DNA from: Vicugna vicugna
Taxonomy: Eukaryota
Assembly: GCA_013265495.1 (NCBI GenBank)
Contig: MU058687.1
Span: 1,364,001-1,428,000 of the forward strand
Length of the DNA stretch: 64,000 nucleotides
Direction of reading: 5' to 3'
The notes below the pieces were generated by a model. That model ran no database searches and was not told the DNA's origin. It saw nothing but the letters and a program-made list of their open reading frames with translations. This document shows, piece by piece, positions 63,218 through 64,000 of the stretch (positions are counted from its first letter, which is position 1; every line of letters begins with the position of its first letter). A program made the position numbers and the translations under genes.

Positions 63218-63487
63218 GACGACGTTGAAAACTAATTTATGGTTCCCAAAAGGGAAGGGGGGAGCAATAAATTAGGAGTTTGGGATTAACATATACACAT
63301 TACTGTATATAAAATAGATAAACAGCGAGGTCCTCCTGTATAGCACAGGGAGCTATTCAATATCTTATAATAACCTATAATGAAAAGGAATATGAATAAG
63401 AATATATATAGTAACTGAATCACTATGCTGTACACCAGAAACTAACACAACATTGTATATCAACTATACTTCAATTAAAAAAAAAAG
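63218..63487 (+). mobile_element. L1 3' end
   Basis: Same family as 34863-35075; ends CATTGTATATCAACTATACTTCAATT plus poly(A). No TSD identified. Confidence 0.85.
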
Positions 63488-64000
63488 AAATCAAAGTCAC
63501 ATAACCTGAAGCTTGCTTTAAAGGGCTCACCAGTGACATTTCAGGGAGGAATCAGTTGGTATTGGGCTGATGGTGATTATGATCTCAATTAGTGGTTAGA
63601 GTCCCCCCACCCCCTTGCCCAAGGCCACATTCATTTTCTAGGAAGGATTTCTGGTCTTCAGCAGTAAGATCACTTATCAATTTGTCTTTCAGAAATAGAT
63701 AATACCTCAATGTGCCCAATTCCTAAAATAGCACACTTGTACCTGTGCAACTTTTGTGGTTTAAATAAAAATCAATGGCAAGGGGAGATAAAAAAATCAC
63801 AGGATACCTGAATTTGAATAAATTTGAATTGTATTGCAATTAGGGGGTCTCCCATTTTCTCTCCTTCCATGTGGCATGTTAACTTCTCTGAGCCTCAGTT
63901 TTCCCAGGAGTCAGTACCTCCCTCCTCAAGATAGTGTGGGACAAAAGACAGTACATGTGAAGGTTTTAGCTCAGGGTCTCAGTCATAATAAATAATACCC

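Overview
Mammalian genomic DNA, probably camelid: it carries several copies of a short tRNA-derived SINE resembling Vic-1, plus artiodactyl-type L1 3' ends. The window is centred on an intact FOS gene on the + strand. FOS has 4 coding exons (28065-28205, 28978-29229, 29663-29770, 29894-30535; 1143 nt, 380 aa), a canonical promoter (SIE, Ets+CArG SRE, FAP, CRE, TATA), conserved intron-1 elements, a 3' UTR ARE and a poly(A) signal. The flanks contain no other protein-coding gene I can support. They hold CpG-rich enhancer-like islands (about 13.1-13.7 kb, 26.1-26.9 kb, 39.7-41.1 kb), many old MIR/L2/LTR relics, younger SINE/L1 insertions with clear target-site duplications (TSDs), and a dead processed DHFR pseudogene on the - strand (about 52.5-53.3 kb). 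Most notable: (1) a SINE with Pol III boxes sits exactly on the 5' junction of the DHFR retrocopy, and the retrocopy appears polyadenylated inside an antisense L1 fragment; (2) RFX X-boxes are interleaved with CREs in both distal islands; (3) extra CArG boxes, including an Ets+CArG+CRE module about 12 kb downstream; (4) a SINE plus L1 tail inside one TSD pair; (5) perfect tandem duplications in the downstream island. I see no convincing evidence of a wholly new gene system. Almost all other ORFs in the track look like chance ORFs. Repeat family names and boundaries were assigned by eye and are approximate.
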